A stretch of DNA of 64,000 nt from positions 1,056,001-1,120,000 of the forward strand of contig CAXXLL010000003.1 in assembly GCA_963662545.2 (NCBI GenBank), in the 5' to 3' direction. Made by a program: the position numbers and the translations under genes. Origin of the DNA: Gammaproteobacteria bacterium. Lineage in GTDB: Bacteria; Pseudomonadota; Gammaproteobacteria; Ga0077536. Under the pieces are notes generated by a model. The model was not told where the DNA came from and made no database searches. It saw only the letters and a list, made by a program, of their open reading frames with translations. Shown here piece after piece: positions 18,474 to 30,132 of the stretch. The stretch's first letter is position 1, and each line of letters starts with the position of its first letter.

Positions 18474-19262
18474 TCAGCGCGACGATACCGCATCCCAGGC
18501 GCTCAGGAACTCTTGCAAATGTGGATGTTCGCTCGACTCGAGATAATCCCGTACTTGCTCCAGTTCCTGGCGCAGTTGAGCATCCTGCAGATGGCCGCGC
18601 ATGTGCTGAAATTTCAAGAATACGAGGTAGGTGTTCAATACATCGGTTTCGCAGTAAGCCCGGATCGATTTGACCTTTCCGGCGCGAAAGTGATCCCACA
18701 CATCGGCTCCGGTCATCCCCATTTTGCCTGGAAATCCGAGCATGCTGGCCATCTGATCCAGGGGCGCGAAAGCCCGCGCCTGGTATCCTGCAAGCACGTC
18801 CATCAGGTCGATGTGCCGCCAGTGAAAACGCCCGAGGTAATTGTTGTAACGAAAGCTTCGATCTTCGTCTCCTGTATCCCAATACCTCGGCGCTGCAATG
18901 CCGTGGAGCATCGCTCGATAGTGCAAAACCGGTAGATCGAAACCGCTGCCATTCCAAGACACTAGCGTTGGCGAATACCGCTCGAGGCCCTCGAAAAAGC
19001 GACGTACGAGTTCTTCCTCGCTTGAATCTTCTTCTCCCAGAGACCAAAGTTTTAGCCGATCGTCTTCCCGGAAAGCCGCCGCTATGGCAACGACACGATG
19101 TAGATGATGTCGAATGAAATCCGTCGCACCTCCCGTTTCCTGTTGGCGCTTGCTATACATAACGGCGGCGACTCCGTCATCATCAAGCTCTTCGAGTCCC
19201 CAAAGCCTGCGCGCACTTTCGATGTCGGGCACCGTTTCGATATCAAATACGAATACGTTCAT
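18474..19262 (-). CDS. 3'-5' exonuclease (PolB-like DEDD)
   Basis: FDIET, WNGSGFDLPVL, YCETDV motifs. Confidence 0.9.
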   Translation of the reverse strand: MNVFVFDIETVPDIESARRLWGLEELDDDGVAAVMYSKRQQETGGATDFIRHHLHRVVAIAAAFREDDRLKLWSLGEEDSSEEELVRRFFEGLERYSPTLVSWNGSGFDLPVLHYRAMLHGIAAPRYWDTGDEDRSFRYNNYLGRFHWRHIDLMDVLAGYQARAFAPLDQMASMLGFPGKMGMTGADVWDHFRAGKVKSIRAYCETDVLNTYLVFLKFQHMRGHLQDAQLRQELEQVRDYLESSEHPHLQEFLSAWDAVSSR

Positions 19263-19318
19263 GACGGAGGATTATGCTGCTCGAATCCGGCGACGCCGAC
19301 CAAGTTCATCGAACACGC

Positions 19319-20209
19319 CTATTCGGGGAAAACGCCTGTGGAAAGGTAGCGATCGCCGCGATCACAAATAATCGTGACGATCACGGCGTTCTTCACTTCC
19401 GCCGATACATGCAACGCGGCAATCATCGCGCCGCCGGATGAGATGCCGCAGAACAGGCCCTCTCTGGCGCCCATTTCAAGCGTCATTTTCTCGGCGTCGT
19501 CCTGAGTCACGGCGATGATCCGGTCGACTCGAGTCGGCTCATAGATCTTCGGTAGATAGGCCTCGGGCCAACGCCGGATCCCCGGGATGCGCGCACCCTC
19601 GCTCGGTTGAACGCCAATGATTTCGATATCGGGATTCTTTTCCTTGAAGTATCGCGAGGCCCCCATGATCGTCCCGGTGGTCCCCATTGATGAAACGAAA
19701 TGCGTGATCTGGCCCTTGGTATCCCTCCAAATCTCGGGCGCCGTACCCTCGTAGTGCGACCGCGGATTGTCGGGGTTGGCGAATTGATCGAGCACCCGCC
19801 CATCACCGCCGTCATGCATTTCGGCGGAAAGGTCGCGAGCTGCCTCCATTCCGCCCTCTTCGGACACGAGGATCAACTCGGCACCGAAGGCCTTCATGAC
19901 GGCGCGCCGCTCGCTACTCATGTTCTCAGGCATGATCAAAACCATGCGGTAGCCGGTCATGGCCGCCACCATGGCCAGCGCAATGCCGGTATTGCCGCTG
20001 GTCGCCTCGATCAGTGTATCCCCGGGTTTGATATCGCCGCGTTCTTCCGCTCGCTTGATCATCGAGAGTGCGGGCCGGTCCTTTACCGAACCTGCAGGAT
20101 TGTTGCCTTCGAGTTTCGCGAGTACGACATTCGTCGTGTCTCCGGGCAAGCGCTGCATGCGCACCAGCGGTGTATCGCCGACGAATTGTTCTAACGTAGG
20201 CCAATCCAT
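19319..20209 (-). CDS. cysM: Cysteine synthase B
   Basis: KLEGNNPAGSVKDR, TSGNTG, MGTTGT, IPGIRRW, DRGDRYLS. Confidence 0.96.
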   Translation of the reverse strand: MDWPTLEQFVGDTPLVRMQRLPGDTTNVVLAKLEGNNPAGSVKDRPALSMIKRAEERGDIKPGDTLIEATSGNTGIALAMVAAMTGYRMVLIMPENMSSERRAVMKAFGAELILVSEEGGMEAARDLSAEMHDGGDGRVLDQFANPDNPRSHYEGTAPEIWRDTKGQITHFVSSMGTTGTIMGASRYFKEKNPDIEIIGVQPSEGARIPGIRRWPEAYLPKIYEPTRVDRIIAVTQDDAEKMTLEMGAREGLFCGISSGGAMIAALHVSAEVKNAVIVTIICDRGDRYLSTGVFPE

Positions 20210-20257
20210 TACACGGATCTCTGATCGCACGCTATTCGAATTGCGGGAGAGATTTTA

Positions 20258-20392
20258 GCTCGCCCGCTAGCGGGCGAGCCGTAAAAGGAAAAAGCCTTTT
20301 GAGATGGCCTTTCCCCGGCTCCAGCCAGGCCACAGATGGCCGGGCTGGAGCCAAACGAAGGCACTTGAGTTCCGCCAGGCATGGCAGGTGCC
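20258..20392. repeat. Cluster of consecutive hairpins between pagL and cysM
   Basis: 22-bp perfect palindrome GCTCGCCCGCTAGCGGGCGAGC; GGCTCCAGCCAGGCCA-CAGA-TGGCCGGGCTGGAGCC; GGCACTTG..CAGGTGCC. Confidence 0.6.
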
Positions 20393-20474
20393 AATAATCG
20401 GTTGAGGCATCACCATGGATGGCTGGCACGGAATGATTGATACGGACTTAGAAATGCGCTTACCGCCGGAAAGC

Positions 20475-21044
20475 TCAGAAGTGAATGCCAAATTGCACGG
20501 CATGAAAATTGATGCCCGGATTGTCGTCACCCAAGCCGGCATTGGATAAATGCTGGAATCGGTAGACCAATTCGTACCGGCCTTGCTCGCCGAAACGCGC
20601 CCCGGCACCGAAATGGGTGCCGAAAGCGAACGGTATGCCGAAATCCCGATCGCCGATACCGTCCTTCGTATGAACGTGTACGCCGAGCCCGAGTTCCGCG
20701 AAGGGCGCCAGACCGGCCGTTGCCGTGCGCTGAAAGCGAAGGACGGGGGTCAATCCAAAATCGACAAAGTCGTCATCTCCGGTCGTGCCGGCATTTCCGT
20801 CCCAGTAAGTCACCGACGCTTCGAGATGGGAGCCGAGATGCCAATCACCGGTTTCCAGCCATTTCATACCCAAGTCCCAGCGCAGGGCAGCGCCGTAGCG
20901 CTGCACGTCTTCGTCGCCCTCGTTCGTCCCGAACTCCAGCAGGACGGCGGTATCTGCCGCGGCCGCGGATGCGGCGAATGCGCTCAGGCAGGTCGCGAGC
21001 CCGGCCAGCCGAAGGAGACGAAAGTAGGATCTGACTGAATTCAT
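20475..21044 (-). CDS. pagL: PagL-like lipid A 3-O-deacylase (acyloxyacyl hydrolase)
   Basis: Signal peptide, beta-strand pattern, RFQHLSNAGL..NPGIN motif, terminal Phe. Confidence 0.85.
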   Translation of the reverse strand: MNSVRSYFRLLRLAGLATCLSAFAASAAAADTAVLLEFGTNEGDEDVQRYGAALRWDLGMKWLETGDWHLGSHLEASVTYWDGNAGTTGDDDFVDFGLTPVLRFQRTATAGLAPFAELGLGVHVHTKDGIGDRDFGIPFAFGTHFGAGARFGEQGRYELVYRFQHLSNAGLGDDNPGINFHAVQFGIHF

Positions 21045-21149
21045 AACGCGGGGGCTTAATGCTCGTTATTATTGTCACGCTAGGCTATCAGGCCCGCTAT
21101 TTTCCCGCAATTGAGTCCCCGTCTGTGACCTTCTCAAACGGGCGGAAAC

Positions 21150-21644
21150 TCAGCTTGCCGCCGCGTGTTCAACGGGGCTCAATAAAGAAATGCTGAAGAC
21201 GTGGGCGTCTTCACGGCCCGCGTGGGCAGGATAGTAGGCGCGGCGGGTGCCGACATGGCGAAACCCCATATCGGAGTAGAGCTTGAGCGCCGCCTCGTTC
21301 GAGGGCCGAACTTCCAGGTAGGCGATGCTTGCACCATGGGCCGTCGCCGTCATCATCAGATGATCCATGAGCGCCCGCGCGTAACCTTGCCGTCGGTTTG
21401 TAGGCGCGATACATACGTTGAGTATGTGACTCTCCTCGACTGCAACCGACATGATTCCGTAACCCGCCAGATCGCGTCCAGTATCGAGCACCCAACAACA
21501 ATAACCGACCCGAAGACAGTCCGCGAAGATGCCTGATGACCATGGAAAATCGTAGGAAAGACGCTCGATGGCCAGGATCTGGTCGATGTCCTGCTCGCCC
21601 ATCGGACGTATTTCGATCGTGTCTAATTGCAGTACCGCGCTCAT
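21150..21644 (-). CDS. rimI: Ribosomal protein S18 alanine N-acetyltransferase
   Basis: ESHILN, LEVRPSN.AA..LY, RRAYY, REDA motifs. Confidence 0.93.
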   Translation of the reverse strand: MSAVLQLDTIEIRPMGEQDIDQILAIERLSYDFPWSSGIFADCLRVGYCCWVLDTGRDLAGYGIMSVAVEESHILNVCIAPTNRRQGYARALMDHLMMTATAHGASIAYLEVRPSNEAALKLYSDMGFRHVGTRRAYYPAHAGREDAHVFSISLLSPVEHAAAS

Positions 21645-22330
21645 GATTCAAGGACTTCGCTTTGGCTGTACGTTTTCATTGCAAGGACGAGATCGGCCCA
21701 CACTTTTCGCTTTTCTCCGGGAGACCGAAGCAGATACGCGGGATGGTAAGTCACCACAACCGGGATTGCGTGGTCTCCGTAGTAATGCAAGCGCCCGCGC
21801 ATCCGTCCAACAGGTGTATCGCTCTTCAATAGATTCTGCGCAGCAATACGGCCGAGCGCAAGAATAATCGCCGGATTCAACAGTTCGATCTGCCGCTTTA
21901 AATAGGGCTCGCAGGAGGCGGCTTCCTCGGGTCTGGGATCGCGGTTCTTGGGTGGACGACATTTCAATATGTTAGCGATAAATACCTGCTCGCGGGACAG
22001 GCCGACCGCCCGCAACATGGCATCCAACAACTGGCCCGCCCTACCGACGAAGGGTTCACCGCGCCTGTCTTCTTCCGCGCCGGGGGCTTCACCGATCACC
22101 AGCCATCGCGCTTGTCGGTCGCCGACGCCGAACACGGTTTGCGTACGACCGGCATGCAGCTCGCACTTCGTGCAGGCCGCTACGCGCGCTTGAAGCCCGT
22201 CCCAGCCCAACGCGGTGGTCGATTCCGACGCTTCATCATCCGCTGCAGCTGATTCGCCGACCCCGCGCCTGACCCAGACATCGATGCCCATGGCTTTGAG
22301 GACACCTAAGCGTTGATTATCGAGATTCAT
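21641..22330 (-). CDS. Uracil-DNA glycosylase, family 4
   Basis: C..C Fe-S motif, GEAPG..ED..GEPFVG, KCRPP.NR, YHPAYLLR. Confidence 0.94.
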   Translation of the reverse strand: MNLDNQRLGVLKAMGIDVWVRRGVGESAAADDEASESTTALGWDGLQARVAACTKCELHAGRTQTVFGVGDRQARWLVIGEAPGAEEDRRGEPFVGRAGQLLDAMLRAVGLSREQVFIANILKCRPPKNRDPRPEEAASCEPYLKRQIELLNPAIILALGRIAAQNLLKSDTPVGRMRGRLHYYGDHAIPVVVTYHPAYLLRSPGEKRKVWADLVLAMKTYSQSEVLES

Positions 22331-22422
22331 CTACCCGGCGTTCTCCGCTGAGCATCAATTCCAGAACCGCTCTCATATCGTACCTAAACTTATGCCCTGG
22401 GACTGTGTCGCGGTTCCCAAAA

Positions 22423-22800
22423 TTAATCGCTCAAACACTCCACTTGACTCGGATCGGACATCTCGAGCACGAGACAATCGTCTTCCGTGATGAATGGTCC
22501 ATGGACCTCACCCGGCGGGCGGCTGGCGTACTCGCCAGCGTCCAGCCAGCGTTCGAATGTTACGTCGTAGATGCGTCCCGACACGATGAATACCTCCTCC
22601 GGGTAATCGTGCCGCTTCGCACCGATGTACGAAGTGTCGACTTTCCCAATGAAGCGCGTCAGACGCGTGTAATCATCGTTATCGGGGTCGACGGCGAGTG
22701 TTAGCTGCTGCACCGCCCCGTGACTACCATCGACATCTTCCTAGTCCCGGCGGTTGTCGGATTTCAATGGATTGAAGTACGTCGTCGTTGATTTCGCCAT
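22423..22800 (-). pseudogene. ChrR-like cupin protein interrupted by an in-frame TAG (22741-22743)
   Basis: MAKSTTTYFNPL..RD*EDVDGSHGAVQQLTLA..HDYPEEVFIVSG..RPPGEVHGPF; GGAG RBS before the ATG at 22800. Confidence 0.75.
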
Positions 22801-22834
22801 GCTTGGGTCTCCAGAGTCGCACCGGCCAGCGCTG

Positions 22835-24385
22835 TTACGGAGTGAGCCCACTGGGCTGAGGATGCTCCCGGTGAACGGCAAACATGATCTTGTTCAGGGC
22901 GTTCACATAGGCTTTGACCGAAGCGACGATGATGTCAGTATCCGCGCCGTGCCCGTTAACAATGCGTCCGCCACGTTCGAGACGGACAATGACTTCGCCC
23001 TGCGAATCCGTTCCCGTCGTAATGGCGTTCACCGAGTACAGTTGAACGGTTGCGCCGCTGCTGACGATCGACTCGACCGCACGATAGGCTGCGTCGACCT
23101 GCCCGTCTCCACTTTCCTCGCTTGAACGCTCTTCTCCATCGATCGCCAATGTAACGGCCGCGAACGGTATTTCTCCTGTTTCCGATTCCGTGCGCATGGC
23201 GACCAGCTTGATGCGTTCATTTGCGATCATCGTGTCTGCATCCGTGACGAGCGCCAGTAAGTCTTCGTCAAAAATTTCCGATTTGCGGTCGGCCAGCTCC
23301 TTGAAACGTTTGAATGCGGAATTCAGATCTTCCTGCCGCGGGAATTCGATTCCGATTTCTTTCAAACGCGTGCGAAAGGCGTTGCGGCCGGATAATTTTC
23401 CAAGCACGATGCGATTGCTGTTCCACCCCACATCCTCGGCCCGCATGATTTCGTAGGTCTCACGGTGCTTGAGAACACCGTCCTGATGGATGCCGGATTC
23501 ATGTGCGAAGGCGTTGGCGCCGACTATCGCCTTGTTTGGCTGCACCGGGAATCCAGTAATCGTGGAAACCAATCTCGAACAATTCAGGATCTCCGCCGTA
23601 TCGATTCGAGTATCGCACTCGAAGGCGTCCTGGCGCGTACGCACGGCCATGACTATCTCCTCTAGCGATGCATTGCCAGCGCGTTCACCCAAGCCGTTGA
23701 TCGTACATTCGACCTGACGCACACCGCTCTTTACAGCTGCCAAGGAATTCCCCACGGCAAGTCCCAGGTCGTTATGACAATGCGCCGAGAAAACGGCCTT
23801 ATTGCTGTTCGGTACCCGCTCGATGATCTCGCTGAAAAATGTCCCGATCGCGTCAGGAAGTCCGTACCCCACCGTATCAGGAAGATTGACCGTGGTCGCA
23901 CCTGCGTCGATGACAGCTTCCACGACGCGGCAGAGAAATTCTTGATCCGAACGAATCGCATCTTCTGCGGAAAACTCCACATTGTCGGTGTATTGGCGCG
24001 CGCGCTTGACCGCGTTTATCGCGGCTTGCAGAACTTCCTCCGGCTGCATTCTGAGCTTGGCTTTCATGTGGATCGGCGAAGTCGCGATAAAGGTATGAAT
24101 ACGCATTGACTGCGCGTCCTTCAACGCTTCGGCGGCACGATCGATATCCTCGTAGCCCGTCCGGCATAATCCGCATACGGTGCTGTCCTTGATGGTGCGG
24201 GCGACCGCTTGAACCGCTTCGTAATCTCCCTGGCTGGCGATCGGAAACCCGGCTTCGATCACATCGACCTTAAGGCGTTCGAGCGCCTTTGCGATACGGA
24301 CTTTTTCCACTTGCGTCATGGCGGCACCCGGACTCTGCTCACCGTCCCGTAAGGTCGTATCGAAAATGATCAATCTGTCTTCCAT
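22835..24385 (-). CDS. leuA: 2-isopropylmalate synthase
   Basis: [33 protein letters not shown]; GGAG RBS. Confidence 0.97.
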   Translation of the reverse strand: MEDRLIIFDTTLRDGEQSPGAAMTQVEKVRIAKALERLKVDVIEAGFPIASQGDYEAVQAVARTIKDSTVCGLCRTGYEDIDRAAEALKDAQSMRIHTFIATSPIHMKAKLRMQPEEVLQAAINAVKRARQYTDNVEFSAEDAIRSDQEFLCRVVEAVIDAGATTVNLPDTVGYGLPDAIGTFFSEIIERVPNSNKAVFSAHCHNDLGLAVGNSLAAVKSGVRQVECTINGLGERAGNASLEEIVMAVRTRQDAFECDTRIDTAEILNCSRLVSTITGFPVQPNKAIVGANAFAHESGIHQDGVLKHRETYEIMRAEDVGWNSNRIVLGKLSGRNAFRTRLKEIGIEFPRQEDLNSAFKRFKELADRKSEIFDEDLLALVTDADTMIANERIKLVAMRTESETGEIPFAAVTLAIDGEERSSEESGDGQVDAAYRAVESIVSSGATVQLYSVNAITTGTDSQGEVIVRLERGGRIVNGHGADTDIIVASVKAYVNALNKIMFAVHREHPQPSGLTP

Positions 24386-24485
24386 GGTAGGTCTCCGATT
24401 ATGCACTCATGGACCATACGCGCGCGGCTGCGCAGCACAGCGAAAATAGGGGGGATCGGAATTTTATGCGCGAAAGGATACTGCC

Positions 24486-24578
24486 CTACCAGGGCAGCAG
24501 GCGGAGCGACAGCGCGCGGAGCAGCGCTTGACCGGAGACGGTCGGCTGCAAAGTGAGATTAGGATATCGCGCTGACAT
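24486..24578 (-). promoter_or_regulatory. Putative leucine-rich leader peptide of leuA (MSARYPNLTLQPTVSGQALLRALSLRLLPW)
   Basis: Six Leu codons in the last 12; stop lies in hairpin CTGCCCT-N3-AGGGCAG. Confidence 0.6.
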
Positions 24579-24661
24579 TTTCAGTATCGTACTTGTCGGT
24601 ATCGGTAGAAATATTAGCCACCACGCTCAGCTTAAGCAAGTGTTTCGTGGGCGAATACCGG

Positions 24662-24845
24662 CTAGCCCGCATTTCTCACCACCGTTCGTAGCGAGGGCGT
24701 CGAGATGCCGTTGTGATGGGAAGCACGGACCGGAGGACGGTGAAGGCGTAGTTGACGCTACGTCGAACCGGCTGGAGGGAGTACGTCCCGTCACAGCGAG
24801 CAGATCAACGTCCGCAGTAGAAGGGTGGTGAGAAATGCGGGCTAG
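24662..24845. mobile_element. 184-bp palindromic MITE-like element
   Basis: Perfect 22-bp terminal inverted repeat CTAGCCCGCATTTCTCACCACC; central hairpin GGCGTAG..CTACGTC; overlaps the pssA TAG. Confidence 0.85.
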
Positions 24846-25642
24846 GCGCGTTTCTTTTCTTTTCGGGCGGCTCTTGTCCGGCGTCGCTGCATCCAAGTCA
24901 AGACCGGCCCCGATATCGCGTATCCGGTGAACATCGCGAGTAGTACCGTTGCGGGATCCAGCGATATCAATACGAAGACCATCACGACCGCGAGTACGCT
25001 GACGAAAGGCACTCGACCTCGCAGGTCCAAATCCTTGAAGCTGTAGTAGCGCACGTTGCTGACCATGAGCAGCGCCGCGCCAACGGTTACGAGAAGGGTG
25101 ACGGCGAGCGCGGCACTCGACTCGCGGACGTGAATACTCGAGCCGAACCAAATGATCGACGCGAGCAGGGCGGCGGCAGCGGGGCTAGGCAAGCCCTTAA
25201 AAAACCGCTTGTCGGCGTTCCCGACCTGGGTGTTGAACCGTGCAAGGCGCAGCGCGGTTGCCGAAGTATACAGAAACGCCGCGAGCCATCCCAACTTGCC
25301 CAATTCGAACAGCGACCATTCATAGACAATCAGTGCAGGCGCCAGACCGAAGGACGCCATGTCCGCGAGGCTGTCATACTCTGCACCGAAATCGCTCTGC
25401 GTGTTGGTCAGGCGAGCGATTCGACCGTCCATGCCGTCGAGAACCATCGCGATGAAGACGGCGATTGCCGCGGGTTCGAAATGTCCGTTAATAGCGGCGA
25501 CGATGCCATAAAACCCGGCGAACAACGCGCCCGTCGTAAAGAGGTTCGGCAGAAGATAGATTCCCGACCGTCGACGCTCCTCTGAGGCAGGTCGCGGCTC
25601 GTCCGGCTCTTTGTTCGGTCGATGGGAATGAATCACGCGCAT
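24842..25642 (-). CDS. pssA: CDP-diacylglycerol-serine O-phosphatidyltransferase
   Basis: IYLLPNLFT, DGMDGRIAR..FGAEYDSLAD, LRLARFN, GLPSP. Confidence 0.95.
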   Translation of the reverse strand: MRVIHSHRPNKEPDEPRPASEERRRSGIYLLPNLFTTGALFAGFYGIVAAINGHFEPAAIAVFIAMVLDGMDGRIARLTNTQSDFGAEYDSLADMASFGLAPALIVYEWSLFELGKLGWLAAFLYTSATALRLARFNTQVGNADKRFFKGLPSPAAAALLASIIWFGSSIHVRESSAALAVTLLVTVGAALLMVSNVRYYSFKDLDLRGRVPFVSVLAVVMVFVLISLDPATVLLAMFTGYAISGPVLTWMQRRRTRAARKEKKRA

Positions 25643-25687
25643 GATGGGTATCTGGGGCGGCGAAATGAAATCCGCTTTGCTTGGATT

Positions 25688-26362
25688 CTACCCCTGCTCG
25701 CGTGGCGTAAGCGAGGAGACGGCTTCGCGATGGACCAATGTCGCCACGACCGTAGACGCTGCCTCCGTCCGGCTTCCCGCCTCGATTTCAAGGCGCGAGG
25801 AATCCGGCGCGTAGACGGTTGCTCGGCATCCCAAGGCGGCGAAACCGATTCGACGGCCGTGACCCACGCGTTCGCCGGGCTGATGAGGGAATCGAACCCT
25901 TCCTTTCCAACGGCCTTGAGTAATTTCCAGCACGATATCATCGCCCTCGTCCGTGCGTATCAGATAAGCGAGTGTATGCGCATGCCGCCGCACTCCGACA
26001 TCCTCGTGCTTCGGCTGGGTCCACTGTTCGATTAATTTGCCTTCGATCGGGCAGAACAAGCTGTGTACGTCGAATAATCCCGAAGTGACCGCAATGTTCA
26101 CCGAATTTCTACCGAGCCAGGGGTCGTAGCCGGTTCCCGCGTTCACCACCCTGCCGTTGAGCGGACAGACAAGGGCCAATGGAAGCGAAGGAGTTTCCCT
26201 TTCGGGATCGCGAAAATTAACGACCAGCAACACGAACAGCACAATGGCCGGCGCCGCACCGGCAATGCCGAACATGGCATAAAGAAGAAACGCCGCGGTG
26301 AGTGTAACGGTCAGCGCGGTCCATCCTTCGCGCGCAATTAATGAATGTTGCGCAAGAACCAT
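25688..26362 (-). CDS. Phosphatidylserine decarboxylase-like protein (atypical cleavage site)
   Basis: IAREG, FRDPER, FDVH, GER..IG motifs; LGCR where GS is expected; upstream of pssA. Confidence 0.75.
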   Translation of the reverse strand: MVLAQHSLIAREGWTALTVTLTAAFLLYAMFGIAGAAPAIVLFVLLVVNFRDPERETPSLPLALVCPLNGRVVNAGTGYDPWLGRNSVNIAVTSGLFDVHSLFCPIEGKLIEQWTQPKHEDVGVRRHAHTLAYLIRTDEGDDIVLEITQGRWKGRVRFPHQPGERVGHGRRIGFAALGCRATVYAPDSSRLEIEAGSRTEAASTVVATLVHREAVSSLTPREQG

Positions 26363-26411
26363 GCTGACGAATCAAATTCAAGCCACACTCTCGACGAAAA
26401 GGCTCCGCGTT

Positions 26412-27437
<1,026 letters not shown>

Positions 27438-27553
27438 TCAATTCCTGTCTCGTTGATTCGCCTGAAAATCAGGAGGAATTCGAAAAAATATTGCTATGGT
27501 TTTTCATCGCGCTTCGTGACTTCGCCTGCGAACGTTGCGGGCGCCGTCGGCGT

Positions 27554-28054
27554 TCAGGCCTTGAGCGCCTTGTCCCCCTTAAGTAACCCCAATACGCCCG
27601 AACGCGCGGTCTCCATCACGTGTCGTACCCCGACCGCATCGATGAAATCATCGAGGCGCCGTCGCGATCCGGTTAGTTCGACGGTGTAGCTCGAATCGGT
27701 GATATCCACGATCGTGCCGCCGAATATGTCGGCAAGGCGCTTTAGTTCCGCGCGCTGCTCGGTTCCGGAAGCGCGCACCTTGATAAGCATGAGTTCACGT
27801 TCGATATGAGGCCCATCATTCAAATCGACCAGCCTGATCACATCGATAAGCTTATTCAGTTGTTTGGTAATCTGCTCGATAATTTCCGGCGATCCGGAGG
27901 TAACGACCGTCATACGGGACACGGTGGCATCTTCGGTCGGCGCCACCGCCAGAGACTCGATATTGTACGCGCGCGCTGAGAACAAACCGGCGACACGGGA
28001 CAACGCACCTGCTTCGTTTTCGAGCAGGATCGAAATGGTGTGTTGCTCGTTCAT
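27554..28054 (-). CDS. ilvH: Acetolactate synthase small subunit
   Basis: ENEAGALSRVAGLFSAR.YNIESL, EQITKQLNKL. Confidence 0.95.
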   Translation of the reverse strand: MNEQHTISILLENEAGALSRVAGLFSARAYNIESLAVAPTEDATVSRMTVVTSGSPEIIEQITKQLNKLIDVIRLVDLNDGPHIERELMLIKVRASGTEQRAELKRLADIFGGTIVDITDSSYTVELTGSRRRLDDFIDAVGVRHVMETARSGVLGLLKGDKALKA

Positions 28055-29772
28055 GCCAATTCGCGGTCATCGGGAGCAAGATGCATTTCATGCTGTCCCT
28101 TACCCGCGGCGATCATCGGGTAGACGTTTTCCGTCTGATCCGTGATGAAATCCATCAATACCAGCCTGTCTTTCATGGCAAAGGCTTCTTTGAAAGCGCC
28201 TTCGATATCGCCCGGCTTTTCGACTCGCATACCCACATGTCCAAAGCTTTCGGCGAGTTTGACGAAATCGGGCAAAGCATCCATGTAGGTATGGGAATAG
28301 CGGCAATCGTAAAAAAATTCCTGCCACTGGCGAACCATGCCCATATACCGGTTGTTCAGATTTACGATCTTGAGCGGCAGCTTGTACTGCAGGCAGGTCG
28401 ACAATTCCTGAATGCACATGACGAAACTTGCTTCGCCGGTGACGCATGCCACCAAAGCATCCGGAAATGCGAGTTGGACGCCCATCGCCGCCGGCATTCC
28501 GAAACCCATCGTCCCAAGCCCCCCGGAATTGATCCAGCGGCGGGGTTTGTCGAACGCGTAAAACTGTGCCGCCCACATCTGATGTTGACCGACATCCGAA
28601 GTGATGTAGGCATCACCGTCGGTAACCTTGTATAAGCCCTCGATGACCGCCTGCGGTTTTATCACCTCTCCCGATCGGTCATAACGCAGACAATCAAGCT
28701 TGCGCCACTCGCCGATCTGCTGCCACCAGGGATCGCTTTCCCGATCGACCGTACCGTGGCCGCGCGCTTCGATCGCCTCGATCAGATCCGTGAGCACGTT
28801 TGACACACTGCCCACGATGGGAATATCGACCGGAACGTTTTTCGAAATTGACGCCGGATCGATATCGATGTGAACAATCTTGGCCTCGGGGCAAAATTTT
28901 TCCAGGTCGCCGGTGACACGGTCGTCGAATCTCGCACCGATCGCGATCAGTACGTCGCAATGATGCATGGCCATGTTCGCCTCGTAAGTACCATGCATGC
29001 CCAGCATACCGACAAATTGAGGATCGGTGCCGGGATACGCGCCGAGGCCCATCAAGGTATTGGTAACGGGATAACCCAGCAGGTGCGCGAACCGGGTCAG
29101 ATCATTTGAAGCATTATCGAGAATGACTCCGCCGCCGGCGTATATCATCGCGCGACGCGCAGCCGTGATGAGCTGCGCCGCTTTTTTGATCTGGCCCGGA
29201 TGGCCCTTTAGCGTCGGACGGTACGAGCGCATCTCGACTGCTTCCGGATAGTCGTATTCCGTCACGTTCGCAGTGACGTCCTTCGGTATGTCCACGACCA
29301 CCGGGCCTGGACGCCCGGTAGTGGCAACGTAAAACGCCTTTTTGATCGTCGTCGCGAGGTCTTCTACCCGCTCCACGAGGAAATTGTGTTTTACACACGG
29401 ACGGGTGATGCCGATGCAATCGACTTCCTGGAACGCGTCGTTGCCGATGAGTTGAGTCGATACCTGTCCGGTGAACACGACCAGAGGACTAGAATCCATA
29501 TAAGCAGTTGCGATGCCGGTTACGCAATTGGTCGCGCCGGGGCCCGAGGTTACGAGGACGACGCCGGGTTTGCCGGTCGCGCGCGCGTAACCGTCTGCCG
29601 CGTGTGTCGCGCCTTGTTCGTGGCGCACGAGGATATGCTTGACCTTGTCCTGCTTGAAAACTTCGTCATAGATGTGGAGCACAGCACCGCCGGGATACCC
29701 GAACATGTACTCGACACCTTCGTCCGCGAGGGCCCGCACGAATATTTCCGCGCCCCTGATTCGCTCACCCAC
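28051..29772 (-). CDS. ilvI: Acetolactate synthase large subunit
   Basis: [35 protein letters not shown]. Confidence 0.95.
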   Translation of the reverse strand: MGERIRGAEIFVRALADEGVEYMFGYPGGAVLHIYDEVFKQDKVKHILVRHEQGATHAADGYARATGKPGVVLVTSGPGATNCVTGIATAYMDSSPLVVFTGQVSTQLIGNDAFQEVDCIGITRPCVKHNFLVERVEDLATTIKKAFYVATTGRPGPVVVDIPKDVTANVTEYDYPEAVEMRSYRPTLKGHPGQIKKAAQLITAARRAMIYAGGGVILDNASNDLTRFAHLLGYPVTNTLMGLGAYPGTDPQFVGMLGMHGTYEANMAMHHCDVLIAIGARFDDRVTGDLEKFCPEAKIVHIDIDPASISKNVPVDIPIVGSVSNVLTDLIEAIEARGHGTVDRESDPWWQQIGEWRKLDCLRYDRSGEVIKPQAVIEGLYKVTDGDAYITSDVGQHQMWAAQFYAFDKPRRWINSGGLGTMGFGMPAAMGVQLAFPDALVACVTGEASFVMCIQELSTCLQYKLPLKIVNLNNRYMGMVRQWQEFFYDCRYSHTYMDALPDFVKLAESFGHVGMRVEKPGDIEGAFKEAFAMKDRLVLMDFITDQTENVYPMIAAGKGQHEMHLAPDDRELA

Positions 29773-29964
29773 TGGTTTTCACCCTCTTCGTTCTCGTTGT
29801 TCATTGACCGCAGACAGCCACGATCACCCGCTTTTCAGCGTCCGGCCCGGCCGACCGCAAACCAAGCGTTACCACTGCTCGATGACGATTCCTATGCAGG
29901 CTGGCGGGACGCTGCATTTTTTACCACCCGCATCTCTATCGTGCCTGCGCGCAGAGAACCGATA

Positions 29965-29993
29965 AAAGTACTTATAATCAGGCATCAGGTCAA
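29965..29993 (-). promoter_or_regulatory. Putative sigma70 promoter of the ilv operon (TTGACC-N17-TACTTT)
   Basis: Consensus-like -35 and -10 with 17-nt spacer upstream of ilvI. Confidence 0.5.
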
Positions 29994-30132
29994 GCGGTCA
30001 ACCCTTGGATTTGGTGGGGAAATTTCGGTCTTCGAGACGTGTTGCGCGGGTGTCCGGAACTACCGAGAATCCCCCGTTCCAGGAACCACTGAGCGGCCTC
30101 CTGTAGACCCGGAATCACAAGAACAAAACCCC

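Noticed and set aside
24700-24830. Structured region resembling a tRNA
   Set aside because: No T-loop, cloverleaf or CCA; it is the interior of a TIR-bounded element
29386-30132. 822-aa ORF suggesting an N-terminally extended ProS
   Set aside because: The extension is antisense to ilvI plus spacer; ProS similarity starts at ATG 30133
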